Assembly: GCF_009914755.1 (NCBI RefSeq)
Contig: NC_060944.1
From: the human T2T-CHM13v2.0 reference genome, Homo sapiens
Strand: one strand, 5' to 3'
DNA: 64,000 nt
Below the pieces are notes generated by a model. It was not told where the DNA came from, searched no databases, and was given only the letters and a program-made list of their open reading frames with translations. The position numbers were made by a program, and so were the translations under genes. This document shows, one piece after another, positions 1 to 14,894 of the stretch. Each line of letters starts with the position of its first letter. Positions within the stretch are counted from its first letter, which is position 1.

Positions 1-350
1 CGTGTGGTAGTTGATGCTGGTTGTTGACTGGGACGTGCCCTGGGGCTGTCAGCAGGAACCTGAGACCTCTCCATGTGACTTGGGCTTCTTATGGCGTGGA
101 GACTTCAGTGTAGCCAGAGCTCAGGGCTCTAAAAGTGATTGTCCCAGCTAGCAAGGGGGAAGGTGCGTCATCTTTTGTGACCTAGACTTAGAAGTCATGC
201 AGAATCACTTCACTGCATTTTACTGGTTATCAGTGAGTTGCAAACCCACCCGGGATTCTAAGGGAGAGGAATTAGGCTCCACCTCTTGATGGGGACATGG
301 CTAGTTCTAAAAGAGCTTGGGGGACAGGAGATATTACTGGGGCTGTCTTT
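1..350 (-). mobile_element. MaLR LTR fragment (MLT1 family)
   Basis: Contains ggctccacctcttgatggg and cacttcactgcattttactgg, typical of reverse-strand MLT1F-H. Confidence 0.65.
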
Positions 351-574
351 GGGAGCTAAAGTCTGCTATGATAGCTAACACAGAGCATTTAGTATATGCC
401 AGGTATTGAATGAACTCATCTGGTCTCTGAACCCCTATCAAAAGAATATTTGTGAGTATATACCATATTTATTTATTAATAAATTATATAAATGTACCAC
501 TGTACTAATATATTGTGTAATAATACACAACTCCTTGAAGTTTTAAAAGCCTAGGATAGAAATAATTATAATAA

Positions 575-938
<364 letters not shown>

Positions 939-999
939 GGCTTGTGTTTATTTAAGGAATGGAAGCGTTCACTCAAGCCAGACTTCAGGGGCAAATGTA

Positions 1000-1480
1000 C
1001 ATTGGGAATCTCCAAGGGACATCTCCCAAACTACCTGACCAGGGTGTGGGTTCCGCCGAATATCTTTTGGGAAACGCTGTGCGGGGGTCCCTAGAGCGTG
1101 TGGGTCCTCCCCATCCCTCCTCCCGGGTTTGAGGGGCCGACGCGGCAGCGCGCCCAGGGGCCTGCAGGTGGCGCCATGTCCCAGGCTGTGGGGCCCCGCT
1201 CCCGTCGAACCACGGGGAGACCGTGGGCTCCTCCCGGGTGGTCTGCGCCTGGCGCAGGGAGGGGCCTAGAGGAGGCGGTGGAGTGGGGCGGGGAGGGGTG
1301 TCTGCTTAGCATCGGGCGCTGCTCCCTTGCCCTCCCTTGCTTTCCCCTCTCTCCATGCTTCCCACTCCCCCTACTGACCCCCTCACTCCTTCGTCCCCCG
1401 CCTGCCCACAGGGACACCCCCATGGATAGGGAGAGGGCTGTGTCCTAGCTCCTGCCAGAGTCTGGAGGCCGCGAGTCTAG
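1000..1480. promoter_or_regulatory. Small CpG-rich, GC-rich island with CTCF motif (1158-1176) and NF-kB-like site (1004-1013)
   Basis: High CpG density in non-repeat DNA; GGCCTGCAGGTGGCGCCA; GGGAATCTCC; GC box GGGGCGGGG. Confidence 0.6.
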
Positions 1481-2109
1481 GGTGTAGGAGAAGGGGGCCA
1501 AGCCAGCCAGGAGGTGGGGCCATTGTAACAACAATCACAGCAATAGTCACTATGTATGGAGGCCCACTCTGCCGTGCGGGGGTGGGGAGCTGCAGTTGTG
1601 GGCTGCTAGCTCATCTTCTAGGCGGTCTTCCTGTTCCAGGTCCCTCTGCTGCCCCCAGGAGTCCAGCAAAGCAGGACAGCTCTGTGGACATGGATACCTG
1701 TGTGTCCCCCACCCCCAGCCCTGCATCTGGCTTAGCGGGAAGGCAACCCGCTCGTGGGAGGGTGGGAGTGGGTCCCAGGCTGGGGACTTCACTTGTTGCC
1801 CTGGAGCTGGTTCTCCAAGAGCACAGACCCTAAACCACTGCCCTCTACTTCCCTGGTGAGCTCCCCACCCCCATACCTTAGGCAAATTTCCTTTTCCAAC
1901 CCCACTCCACCAATTTTCTCTGCCTCCTCCTTCTGTGAGGTTTGTGGGCCCAGTGTGGCCTCAGGGGGCTGAGGGGATCTCATGGAGTTGAGCCTCACCT
2001 TGTCCAGTGCCCAGCAAGGCCTGGGGAGGGGTGCCCAGAAGCCATGTTTTTGTCATACTGCCAAGGAGGACCTTGGATGCACTTGGGGAAGCGCTGATGA
2101 AGAAATGAC

Positions 2110-2305
2110 TTCAGAAAAAAAGACCCTGATTTGTAATCTTTGCTGATTTCCATGTAAATTCTCTTACCGTGGCCAGCTTCAAGCTACCAACATGACAAAA
2201 CATTTCTTAACATTCAGCCATTCCTGTGGTCCCTGGAATATGTGGAGAAAAGAAATTGAACCACAGCGTCCCGGACCTGGTAGAAGCCGCCTCCAGCACA
2301 ACAGT
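2110..2305 (-). mobile_element. MER63-like hAT-Blackjack DNA transposon
   Basis: ccctgatttgtaatctttgctgatttcc...ttcaagctaccaacatgac and terminal ctccagcacaacagtg. Confidence 0.7.
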
Positions 2306-2361
2306 GAGAAGGTCTGTTTAGGACTCTGCTTGTTTCAGAAAGATCCCGGCTTTGCTTTGGT

Positions 2362-2537
2362 CAGGATGGGCTACATCACTGAGGGGCCCAGTGCAAAGTG
2401 AAGATACAGGGCCCCTTTTTCAAAAATTATTCAGAACTTCAAGACAGCAACAATAGACTGTTAAACCAAGTGTGTGGCCCTTCTGAGTGAGGGCCCTGTG
2501 TGGTTGCTCAGGTTGCACACCCATGAAACCTGCCCTG
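2362..2537 (-). mobile_element. MER91A hAT-Tip100 MITE
   Basis: Matches recalled MER91A end to end; degenerate 8-bp TSD gctttggt/gctctgtt. Confidence 0.8.
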
Positions 2538-3529
2538 GCTCTGTTCCAGGCCACCAGGATGGCTTGCCTGCCAGGACCTCCTCACTGGCCTTCCTGCTGT
2601 CTCCCTGGCCTCCTACAAACCATTCTCCACTCAGCAACCAGGGGTTGCTCTGGGCTGGATCTTGTCACTCCTACACCTGCCGCTTGTCCTTGAGAGCAAG
2701 GGCAAGGCTCCTCTGCCTGGCCTGGTTCTGAGACACTGGGCTCCCCAGTTACATATCCTTATAGCTCCGCACACATGTGTTCCTGCCTGGCTCTCTTCCC
2801 TGTAGAAACTACATTTCCTTGTATGATCTCTCCCTTTATACCATCAGCAGTGTAGTCCTGTGCTCAGTACCGCTGCAGGCCTGCACTTAGTAGATACTCA
2901 GGATGTGCTAAATTGAACAAAATGAATTAATTGATGAAAAGGACAATTGGATCAGGATAGGGCTGTTCCAAATGTTTTCTGGCAACAGACTCATTTCATC
3001 AAATGAGATCTTACAGGGAAGCCCACGACATGAAACAGAAAAGGGCCGCTGCTTTGCCTGCAATGGGAGGGACCAGACGCCTGACTCCGGAGGCCATGCA
3101 GTCACTGCCTCTGCAGAACCTGGTTTGGCGGCACCAACATTGCCACTTTCCTTTGTTCTTCCTGCATTTAACCTTAGCCGACCCCTCCTGGCTGACATTG
3201 ACGATCTGGTTTCTGTTCGTATTAGCCGGACTGAGAACTTTAGCTGTCACGTTGGTTGTACATGTGGATTATGCTCCTGTCTCCCCTTCTCCCTGTACCT
3301 GCGGATCACTCGGCCATCGCTTGGCTCTGAGAACAGCGGCTGGGCTGAGCCATGGGCAGAGGATTTGGTGTCCTTTGGGGAGGGGTGCTGATGGTGAGCA
3401 CAGGGGCAGGGCTGCAGTGCCCCCCGCCCCCAGCACAGCCAGGCTCCCCCACTCCCCTCCACTTTGGTCAAATGACCTTCCGTGGCCAGGGGCGAGGTGC
3501 TCCCTCTCACTGAGCTCTAACCTCGCTTG

Positions 3530-3730
3530 AACACCCACCAGCATTTATTGAGCGCCTGCTGGGTGCCAGCATGTTGCCAAGGGCTACCTGGGTTTTATTT
3601 CCATGGGTCCTCACGACAACTCTTAGGAATGGCTGTTATCATATTCCCCATTGTACAGATGAGAAAATGGAGGCTCACAGAGGGAGAGGACTTGACCAAG
3701 GCCACACAGCGGATGATTCAAACTTCTGAC
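3530..3730 (-). mobile_element. MIR SINE
   Basis: catttattgagcgcctg...cccattgtacagatgagaaaatggaggctcacagag core. Confidence 0.8.
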
Positions 3731-4477
3731 CCACCCTGGCCCACAATGGGCAGCCGAGCTAGAGACCAGTACTTTATGGATGAGGGGAGAAAGAGGAACC
3801 AGGACCTCATGCTGCTTCTGGTGGCCTGGCTGCATCCTCTGACCCTGGGACGCGCTCCTGGCTCTTACCTGGGAGGCAGCATAGCAGGTGGCATTGGAAG
3901 CAGAGGGGCCTGAGCTAGAATCCCGGCTCTGTCGCTGACCAGTCTGGTGACCCAGCTATGTGGGGGTCTCACCAGCCTCACTCTCCTGCCTGAGCAAGGG
4001 AAGCAGAGATGTCAGTACCCACCTGCCCGGGTGGGGGCAGGTGAAGGAGAGGTTGTCTTGGCACACGGCACATCTGAACACTCGCTGGGGTGGCTATGAG
4101 GGGTCCTCACGCTTTACCCACCTTGGGCCCATCTTAGAATGAAAGAAAATGGAATCCCCAAGGAGGTCTCTTTCCTGTCCTTCCTCAGTGCATCTCAGAG
4201 TTGGACCCTGAGGGGACCCTCTGCTTGGGGCTGTCCTGGGCTGGGCATCCTCCCCTCCCTGCTCCTGATGTAAAAACTCCAAGGGTGGGTGCCGCATGAG
4301 GAGGGCCAAGGTGCTGCGTTCTAGTCCTTGCCTGGCCACCGGCTGGTGCCTAGACCCTCTCTGGACCTCAGTTTCCCCACCTCCAGCATGGGTCTCCTGC
4401 AGAGCCCGTGAGGCAGCAGAGGATGGATTTGAGCCTGGCTGTGTGCGGTCAGGGCACCTCCCATACGCGAGGGGGTG

Positions 4478-4900
4478 GATCAGTCTCCTGGGGTTGCTGT
4501 GACAAATGACCATGAACTCAGTGGCTGAAAACAAGACACACATTCGCTCACAAGCAGTCTCGTATCAAGGTGTCAGAAGGGCCACGCTCCTGCAGACGCT
4601 CCGGGGGAGAGCCCTGCCCTGCCTTCTCTGGAAAAGATGCAGCGATCCCTGGCCTTTCTGGGCTTGTGGCCTCTGATCTCTGCTCTGTCTTCAGGTCTCC
4701 TCTGTGTGTCTTCTCCTGCCTCTTATAAGGACATTTGCCATTGGATTTAGGGCCCACTAGGGTAATCCAGGATGATACCATCTTAAGATCCCTAACTTAA
4801 TTATATCTGCAAAGACTCTTTTCCTAAATAAGGTCATATTCACAGCTTCCAGGGATTTGGATGTTGACATATCTTTGGGAGCTATGACAGTCAGCCTCAC
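4478..4900 (-). mobile_element. MLT1B/C MaLR LTR
   Basis: gctgtgacaaatgaccat...tataaggacatttgccattggatttagggcccac...aaataaggtcatattcacag. Confidence 0.8.
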
Positions 4901-5429
4901 CTCACAGGCTCCCTACCAGAGAAAGGCAAGTGAGGGCCAGCGGATTCCTCTAAGGACCTTGGAGAGTGCCGCATACAGTAAGCTCAACAAATGTGAACCC
5001 TAAGAAAGAGACATGGAGGCACAGGGAGGAAAAGATCACGGAAGAGCTTGCCCTGGCCATGCTGAGACCCCTTCCCCCCAGCTTTGGGCCTTGTCTCTGG
5101 GGGTGGGCCAAGCCGGACCCCTCCAGGGCAGGGCGGCAGCACACACCGCCAGCCCTGCATCTCTGCATCCCATTCTGGCAGAGCACTACCCAGAAACATA
5201 TTTTACCCATAAACGGGCCAATTAAGAAGGCAAATGTTTTCAAACAGGAGGATTTATTGGCATAGAATGTGCCATCCCTCTAAGCAAGAGGAGTGGGGGT
5301 GTGTGCGGAGCCATCTGGAGGGGAGTTGTTTATCATATTTATTTAGTTACAAGTTGCTGGTTTAGAACTGGCAGAGCTTTGTGAGGTGGGATCGCAGTTC
5401 CCTGGGAGGGCACAGGCTCGGGTGGCTTT

Positions 5430-5710
5430 GTGCACAGGGGTATGCCCGTGTCTGTGCAGACACGTATGTCTTTGTGCCTGAGCGTATGTGACCGTGCACC
5501 TACATGTGGGAGTTTGCCTGCCTATGCGTGTGCATACCCTTTATTGGGTCTGCTCTCTGTGTGTACACACATGTGCCTCTGTGTGTACACATGAGTGTAA
5601 GAGGGCCTAGAGATGTCCTGGTGCATGCGTGTGCACATGCGTGTTTGTGTGCATGTGTGTGCAATTCTTCTTTGTGTGTGGATGCAGGTGTGGCCTTGTG
5701 TGCACTTGCC
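5430..5710. repeat. Degenerate (TG)-rich low-complexity tract
   Basis: Imperfect tgtg/tgca repeats. Confidence 0.7.
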
Positions 5711-6169
5711 TGGGACAGATCCTACCTTACCCAATTTGACTTCCAGGCAGTCTTGGACATCTCTGAGAGTCTCTTCCCTGGCAATTTCCCACATCATCCT
5801 CTTTCTTTGATCTCTTTCTCTTCCCCGTGTGTCTTCTCTTCTCTTTCTAGACCAGGGGACACCAGTAGGTCACGTGAATGAGAGAAGAAGGTCTGGCCTG
5901 GGCTAGGCCTTTGATGCAGACTCATTGTGTGTGGCAAAGGTAAAGGAATTGTCTTGGCCTCTGCAAACATACATGCTCTCCTATTTTACCTAAACACGTG
6001 GCTCTGACTCTCTGAGACTACTCTGTTTCTCAGCATCTGATAGAGATATGGGACAAAGAATCATTACAAGTGCCATGATCGCCAACAAGAACTACTTAGC
6101 CTGTGGTTCTGGGAGCCAATAGACAAGGGTGGGGCTGTGGTGAACAGGAGAGTGCGTGCCCCTGTCTAA

Positions 6170-6380
6170 GGGACAGCCAATCCTCGGTGATGGTTGCTTT
6201 GAGAAATTTCCAGCCTCTGTTGCCAGGTCTTCTGAGTTTCTAAGAAAAACCAGAGATTTGTATTTTTAAGAGAGTGTGCTTGATTTTTAAACATTGGCTC
6301 AAAGATTTTTGAAACATTGCAGGCCAAATGGAACTTGTGTGCAGGATGAATGATCAGGGTGCTCATCTGCAGCCTCCCCC
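6170..6380 (+). mobile_element. MER102-like hAT-Charlie fragment
   Basis: gccaggtcttctgagtttctaagaaaaaccagagatttgtattttt...gatttttaaacattggc...gcaggccaaa. Confidence 0.5.
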
Positions 6381-6559
6381 ACGCTCCATGTGCACCCCTC
6401 TGATCTGTGGCTGTAGGGATCATTGTCAAGCTCATGACCAACATCTGTGCCTCGATTTTGGGTCTAGACCCACTATGAGTCAGACCCTGTCATCCTGGGC
6501 TCATGTCTTGTGAGCACAATGAACCCAGCATGTCCACGAAGCAAAGCAGCATCTTTCCT

Positions 6560-7110
6560 CCATCAGTGCCTCCCTTGAGTCCCCGAATCAGAGGCAGCCC
6601 CGCCATCAGCTCTGGAGATGGAATCTGGGTGTCATCCTTGGGTCCTCACCACCCCTCAGCCTCCGTGGGCATTGAATCAGTCACCCAGTCCTGCTGGCTT
6701 TGCCTCCAGCACACATCTCTACAGCCTCCGTCATCTCTCTCCTGAATGACAGTGACAGCCCGCTCCAGCTTCTCCAGGCTTCTAGTTGTGTCTCCCTGCT
6801 CCTTCCCTGTCCACCTCTCCAGCCTTGTCCTTCCCTCTCCCTGCTGGCACTTTAAGCTTCAGCAACACCAGACTGCTTGTGTTCTATTTTATTGCCTCTT
6901 GCCTTTGCAATGACGTCTCCTCTTCATGGAATGCCTTTCCAGGCCTCTCCACTTCCCCCGACTAACTCCTCTTTATCCTTTGAGATCCCATAGGAAGCTC
7001 CCTCTGCAAAAGGGTGATAAATAAATCTCACCTGGCAAGGTTGTTCTCAGACTGCATGAGGTCCTTCCTGGCACAGTGCCCAGCACACAGTAGGTGCTCA
7101 CTTGATGTGC
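6560..7110 (+). mobile_element. L2 fragments
   Basis: aatcagtcacccagtcctg, gcctttgcaatgacgtctcctcttcatggaatgcc, 3' end ggcacagtgcccagcacacagtaggtgctca. Confidence 0.6.
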
Positions 7111-7984
7111 CTGCCTCCCCGTCCGCTGGCCTCCCCTGCCTGCCACTCTCTCTGGAGGGAGGACCGTGGGCACTGACTGGGCCCTGAGGGATGAGACAGA
7201 GTAGCCCCCAGACAGGTGATCTCACAGCCTTCCCCAGGCCTGGACCCGGTGACTCTCAAATGACATCAGCCACGGAACTTCACCAGCAGATCAGGTGGGC
7301 TTTTCCAATCAGCCCTCTCCTGTTAAATGGGCATTTTGATATTTTCACTGGATGTACATTAGTCACGGAGAATTCTGATTTGCACAGCCTGTGTTTTAGA
7401 GTGTGATGTTCTAGGCTGTAAAGATAATCAGCTCTCATAAGAGATAGTTTCCCTGGTGCCAAGGGTGGGGGACTGGGGTGGCGACAGCGTGATTGGAACT
7501 CTAAATGTCTGAAGTGACTGTCTCAAGTCCCCTGAGCCACAATTCAATCAGCCTCTCCAAACGAGAAATTCAACAGTGAGCGTTAAAAAAACAGTGGAGG
7601 ATGAAAATGAAAAAAGAAAAACACTCAAAATGGAATTAAGTTTTGGGGGCATTGGATGGAAGTTTTAAAAATGAACAGTCACAGCCCCCCAAAAGGTGCA
7701 TCTTCTCCAGTGCGGCGGAAGCAGGGAAGGGTTTGCTTTCTGGGATTCCGGAAGAACTTTCAAAGTTTCTTCTTCCTTTTTTCCCCCTCCTTTCCTTCCT
7801 CCCTCCTTTATTCTCTTCCTTCCACAGATGTTTCCTGAGCACCTACTGTGTGCAGGGCACCACGCTGGGCACTGCAGACCTAACAATGAACAAGGCAGAT
7901 GTTGTTCCTGCTCTTGCAAAGTTTATAACCCTCCCCTACTGTTAGGCCTGAGGGTCGTTTCCAGTTTTTCATGGTTGCAGATAA

Positions 7985-8412
<428 letters not shown>

Positions 8413-8601
8413 AAGTCCCCCACATTCTAAAGAGCACAGTTAAAACTGAGGCCAGACACACCCTTCTGGGCTTATACAGTCCAGCCAGTTTGGTTATCCC
8501 CAGCGTCCCCTGGCTCCCCTGGCTCCTCACCTCATTCTGCTCCATAAGCAGGAAACTGACAAGAGATGGAGAGAGGGGAATTATTGGATCATAAGTTGTC
8601 A

Positions 8602-8664
8602 TCCCTTGGAGGGGGTCAGTTATTGTCCCCTCCCTTGGAGGGGGTCAGTTATTGTCCCCTCCCT
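8602..8664. repeat. Perfect 29-bp tandem duplication
   Basis: tcccttggagggggtcagttattgtcccc x2 plus tccct. Confidence 0.95.
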
Positions 8665-8919
8665 GTGGGAGAGGAGAGGGGATCTCTAAAGGGACCCCTT
8701 GCAGAGATGGGGAGGCGTCCACTAGATGGGCAGACAGGCATCTCGGGCCACATTAGAAGGTCTGTGTCTGCTTAGACAGTGGCCCAGCCTCTGCCCTGGG
8801 ACCTCCGTGAGATTGGACTAGGTATTGGTGGGCAGAGAGGGGATGCATGGAGGAGGCTGTGGCCAAGTCGACCCCAGAGAACAAGGCTGGCTGGGACTGT
8901 TTGCCAGGGCAAGGACTTA

Positions 8920-9321
<402 letters not shown>

Positions 9322-9671
9322 TCAGGGCCCCTGAGGACACAGAGGCCCCAGGGCACAGCTGGGGGGCATCCTGCACACCCTCTTCCCTCACTTGGCCTTG
9401 GCTCCTGGACGCTGTCTCTGTCTACCCTCTCTTGCTCCTCTACACCTGCCAGGCCAGGCCAGGGGCTGCCTCTGGGTTCTCGAGGCCCCAGGGTTCCTGC
9501 TGCCTCAGCACAGCCCTGGCCTGTCACTGCCAGGTCCACGTCCATCTCTGGTTGATAGCAGGGGCTTTGTCTCGTTCGCTGCTATATCCCCGGCGCCTGG
9601 CACAGGGCTGGTAAACAGCAGGCGCTTGCTACGTGTTTGTGACGGGACCTTTGTTGGAGGAGCACTGAGCT

Positions 9672-9814
9672 GAGGGGAAGGTCGGCTCAGGGTCCCCCGG
9701 CTGCAGGATACTGTCCTCGGCAGAGGGGAGGGCCGGCTCAGGGTCCCCAGGTTGCAGGGCGCTGTCCTCGGCAGAGGGGAGAGCGGGCTCAGGGTCCCCG
9801 GGCTGCAGGGCGCC
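9672..9814. repeat. GC-rich 51-bp minisatellite, ~2.8 copies
   Basis: ggctcagggtcccc starts at 9684, 9735 and 9786. Confidence 0.92.
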
Positions 9815-11036
9815 ATCCTTTGCCAGCTCTTTATCGTCCCTCCTCTTTATGCCCTGCGTTGGTCTGGCTTTCACTTTACAACCAAATAAATAAATCTTCA
9901 TCCTCATAGAGAGTTTTCCTCTGGGCAGTGCTCCAAGGAATTGGAAATGCTCCCAGCCTAGGTTTATGGCAAAGGAGCCTCCGGGAGGAGATTTCTTGAG
10001 GCTGTTTAGGTGACCCCAGGCCTTTACCAATGCTGTGCCCTCTGCCAACTGTGTGGGCTGAATACGTCCTCCGCCTATGAGGCCTGACCGAAACCCCACC
10101 TCCCCCAGGAAGCTGTTCTTGATCCCCCAGCTGTGTCGGGGGTTCTTCTATCCAGTCCTGTAAGCACCCTTCACCCCGGCATCATCAAAACAGGATTTTA
10201 GTTGTCTGTGTCTGTCTTTTTCATTAGACTGGGCACTCCCTGAGGGCAGGGACTCAGCGCTGTGTCCCCAGCAGACATCAGGTGCTCATCACGTGTTTTC
10301 GAAGGCAGTTGATTGCTTGAACCAGGCTAGAAGGTGATGTACAGAGTGTCTAGAAATGAGTTAAGTGTGAGGTTGAGATGAGGTAGGGCACACGAGGTGG
10401 AGAAATAAAGAGAGGGAAGGGCAGGCCAGGGAGAGGGCGTGGTGTGAGCAGAGGTACCGCAGCAGGACATAGCCTGGCGTGCGGGGCTCTCAAACAGTGA
10501 GGCTGCCGGCTGAGCCCAAGCTCCAGGCATGGGGCGGTAAGCCAAGAGATGGTAACTAGGGTTGGCGCGACAGATGTGGAGAGTAGGTGACAGACTCAAC
10601 TGAGGTCCTAGAGGTGGAATCCATGGGGGTGGTTATTGGAGTAGGGGGGTGGCGGGGATGGCGCCCAGTACCCTGGCTCACGACTGGGTGGCTGGTGGAG
10701 ACACAGAGGAGGAGTTGGGGGTGGGGGTGGGGAGCACTATGCTCAATGTTGGACCCTCCGAGTGGGACGTGGGGCATTGGGGGAGATGCCCAGGAGGCCC
10801 TGTGGTCTGGAGAAAGGTCCAGGCTGGAGAAGGAGCAAGGACACAGCTGGCAAGGGGGCGCCTGAGGCCGTGGAGTGGACAGAAGCCGAGGAGGAGGGGG
10901 ACTTCACCCTGAGCTTACAGCTCCTTGCATAACTTAATTGCCAATATGATTAAACATGTAAATAATTATTTAAAAATAAATATATTTAGAAACTTAAAAT
11001 TTGGATTCAGGAACATTTTAAAGAAAAAGCACAGAT

Positions 11037-11339
11037 GGCCGGGCGGGGTGGCTCACGCCTGTAATCCCAGCACTTTGGGAGGCCGAGTCAGGCAGATCAC
11101 GAGGTGAGGAGATCGAGACCATCTTGGCTAACACGCTGAAACTGCATCTCTACTAAAAATACAAAAAATTAGCCGGGCGTGGTGGGGGGCGCCTGTAGTC
11201 CCAGCTAATCGGGAGGCTGGGCAGGAGAATGGCGTGAACCTGGGAAGCGGAGTTTGCAGTGAGCCGAGATCATGCCACTGCACTCCAGCCTGGGCGACAG
11301 AGCGAGACTCCGTCTCAAAAAAAAAAAAAAGAAAAAAAA
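11037..11339 (+). mobile_element. AluY-type element
   Basis: Full dimer; TSD aaaagcacaga. Confidence 0.92.
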
Positions 11340-11689
11340 GGAAAAGCACAGACATAACAGTGAATTGCACATTGCCTTTCCCAAATATGCTCACATTATG
11401 TTCTGAAAAGTTCCCTCTGCTCCCTGCCCACTCCATCCCACTCCCCAGGGAGTAACTGATTTCTCTTTCCAGCATGGTCCAAAGGGCTTGTCAGGGGTTT
11501 GCTGTCAAGTGAGTGATGTAAACCCTCCCCTCCACTAGCCCCAGTAGGCATCTGTAGTGTTCACTGCTCACTGGCATGTTTCAGGATAAACTCTTTTGTG
11601 GAAACAAGAAAAGGAGAAAAGGAGCTTGGGCCTGTGTTGCTGGGAGTTCACTTGAGGGCCCCTGGAGCTAGAGAAGGTGGGACAAACTG

Positions 11690-11860
11690 TTATCTACATC
11701 ACACAGCCCTCCTCAGAGGGGTGTCCTATTGTCCTCATTTTACAGAGTTGGCGACTGAGGATCAGAGAGGTGACTCTCCTAAGGCCATGGAACTGATGAG
11801 TGGCCGAGCTTGGATTCAAACCCAGGTCTGCCCAGCTTCAAAGCCCAGGCTCTTGCTCCT
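11690..11860 (-). mobile_element. MIR SINE
   Basis: cattttacagagttggcgactgagg...ggattcaaacccaggtctg. Confidence 0.7.
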
Positions 11861-12959
11861 ATTTTTAGGAGAAGATACAGACCAAGTTTATTTTACATAG
11901 GATTCAGAGATTCAGGATCCTGGAGTTCTAGTGACCATTTGACAGATGGAGAGACTGAGGCATAACCAGGGCTAGAACCCAGGCCTACTGCCCCTGAGTC
12001 TGAAGTTTTGACCATCAGCAATCATTCAGGGTGAAGGGATCTTGCAGGAAAGATGACAACTTGACGGGGCCAGGGTTCAGAGGTGTGTGCAGATGGGAGG
12101 TTCAGAAGCTTCCCTAGAGGCTGCAGCCAATTCCCCCCACCTCTCCCCTCCATCCCCCACATAACACACTTGGCCCCCTGTGAACCCATGGTTCCTGCTC
12201 AGAGCAGGCGGCCAAAGCAGTGTCTTTGCTGCAAGCGAGGGACTGAGCTGTTCAACGAAGAGTCATGTCCTTCATCTTGTCCCCTGCATTTTACACCACC
12301 ATGTAAAATTTTCCATTAATTCCTCGGAATAAAATGTAGTGGCTGTTAATTTTTGATGCCTGGGAAGTAGCCAGCTGAGCGCCTTTTTATGCCTGAAACT
12401 ATTTTCTACCATTAGAAGAGTGTAATAAAAAGTTTTCTTTCTTTGATTTTATTTTTTAATTAGATGAGGGGGTTTAGGCAAGTCTGCTGTCAGAGCTGTG
12501 GCTGGCAGCTGGAAGCCCAGGACGTGGCAGAGGAAGGACACAAACACCTTCACTCTCAAATACCTTCCCCACAGCCAGGCCTCGCCTCTGAGCCAACCAG
12601 GGGGGCCAAGGTCTGGCCCAAATCATAAAAAACCCCGAATCTTCATTGCTTTTCCAGAAAGGCTGTTTGCGAGAAGTAGCATGCTTCTGCGAGAAGTTTC
12701 TGTCCTGGGCTTTGGCTTCATACAGACGTGTGAAATTCCTCCTCTGTGTCTCTGAGTCGAAGTCTTGGATCCTCAGCTTAATAGCTGAGGGACTTTGAGC
12801 AAGTCCCTTCCCCTCTCTGGGTTTCTCCTCTGTAAAAGCTCCCAGGGTTGTTGACTAAGGAGACATTGATTAAAGGAGAAATGGGTGTCAAGCATCTAGG
12901 CCATAGTAGATACCCTGGAAACAACGATGATGGGGGAATGTGTTTAAGAGGCGGGAAAA

Positions 12960-13559
<600 letters not shown>

Positions 13560-14042
13560 GGAAGTGAGAAGGCTTCAGGCTTCTTCATGTTCCTTGATGG
13601 GGTTGTGGTGGGGCCGGGAGGAGCTGGGTCTAGGCTGGCAGGTGCAGGCAGAGATTTAGGGGAAGGCTGGGCGCAGCCTCACCTGCCTGCAGGAGGAGAC
13701 CTGTGGGGGCAGGTCCTGCTTCGCCACTGGCACTTCCTCCTTTCAAGAGTGTGTGTTCCTCCTCTCTTCTGGGGGAATCGTCCCTGGCCGCTCCCCACTA
13801 CCCCCTCGCCCGCTTTAGGATCCAGACGATGCCATCATCTCATTTCATACCCAGACTCCTGGGTCCATCCTTGCTGGGAATTTTTAAACTGGAGACAGGG
13901 AAGAGGAATCCCTTCCTCTCTGGTCATGTAGTCAGAAAGACAGGAGCCCAGAGCTACTGGTCACCATGCCCCCCACGCTCACCCCATGGAGAAGCCTTTC
14001 TGTGCAAAGACAGGAGGGCTAGGGACATGAAGAGAAGCAGAG

Positions 14043-14894
<852 letters not shown>

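Noticed and set aside
2908-3913. Cluster of overlapping 96-175 aa ORFs
   Set aside because: No recognisable domain, overlapping frames on both strands typical of GC-rich DNA, partly MIR
8717-8735. CTCF-like CCACTAGATGGGCAG (also weak matches near 10848-10862 and 20224-20239)
   Set aside because: Each has an insertion or mismatch at a core position; too weak without ChIP data
9672-9814. Repeats that could be mistaken for a CRISPR-like array
   Set aside because: Contiguous tandem units with no unique spacers, in primate DNA
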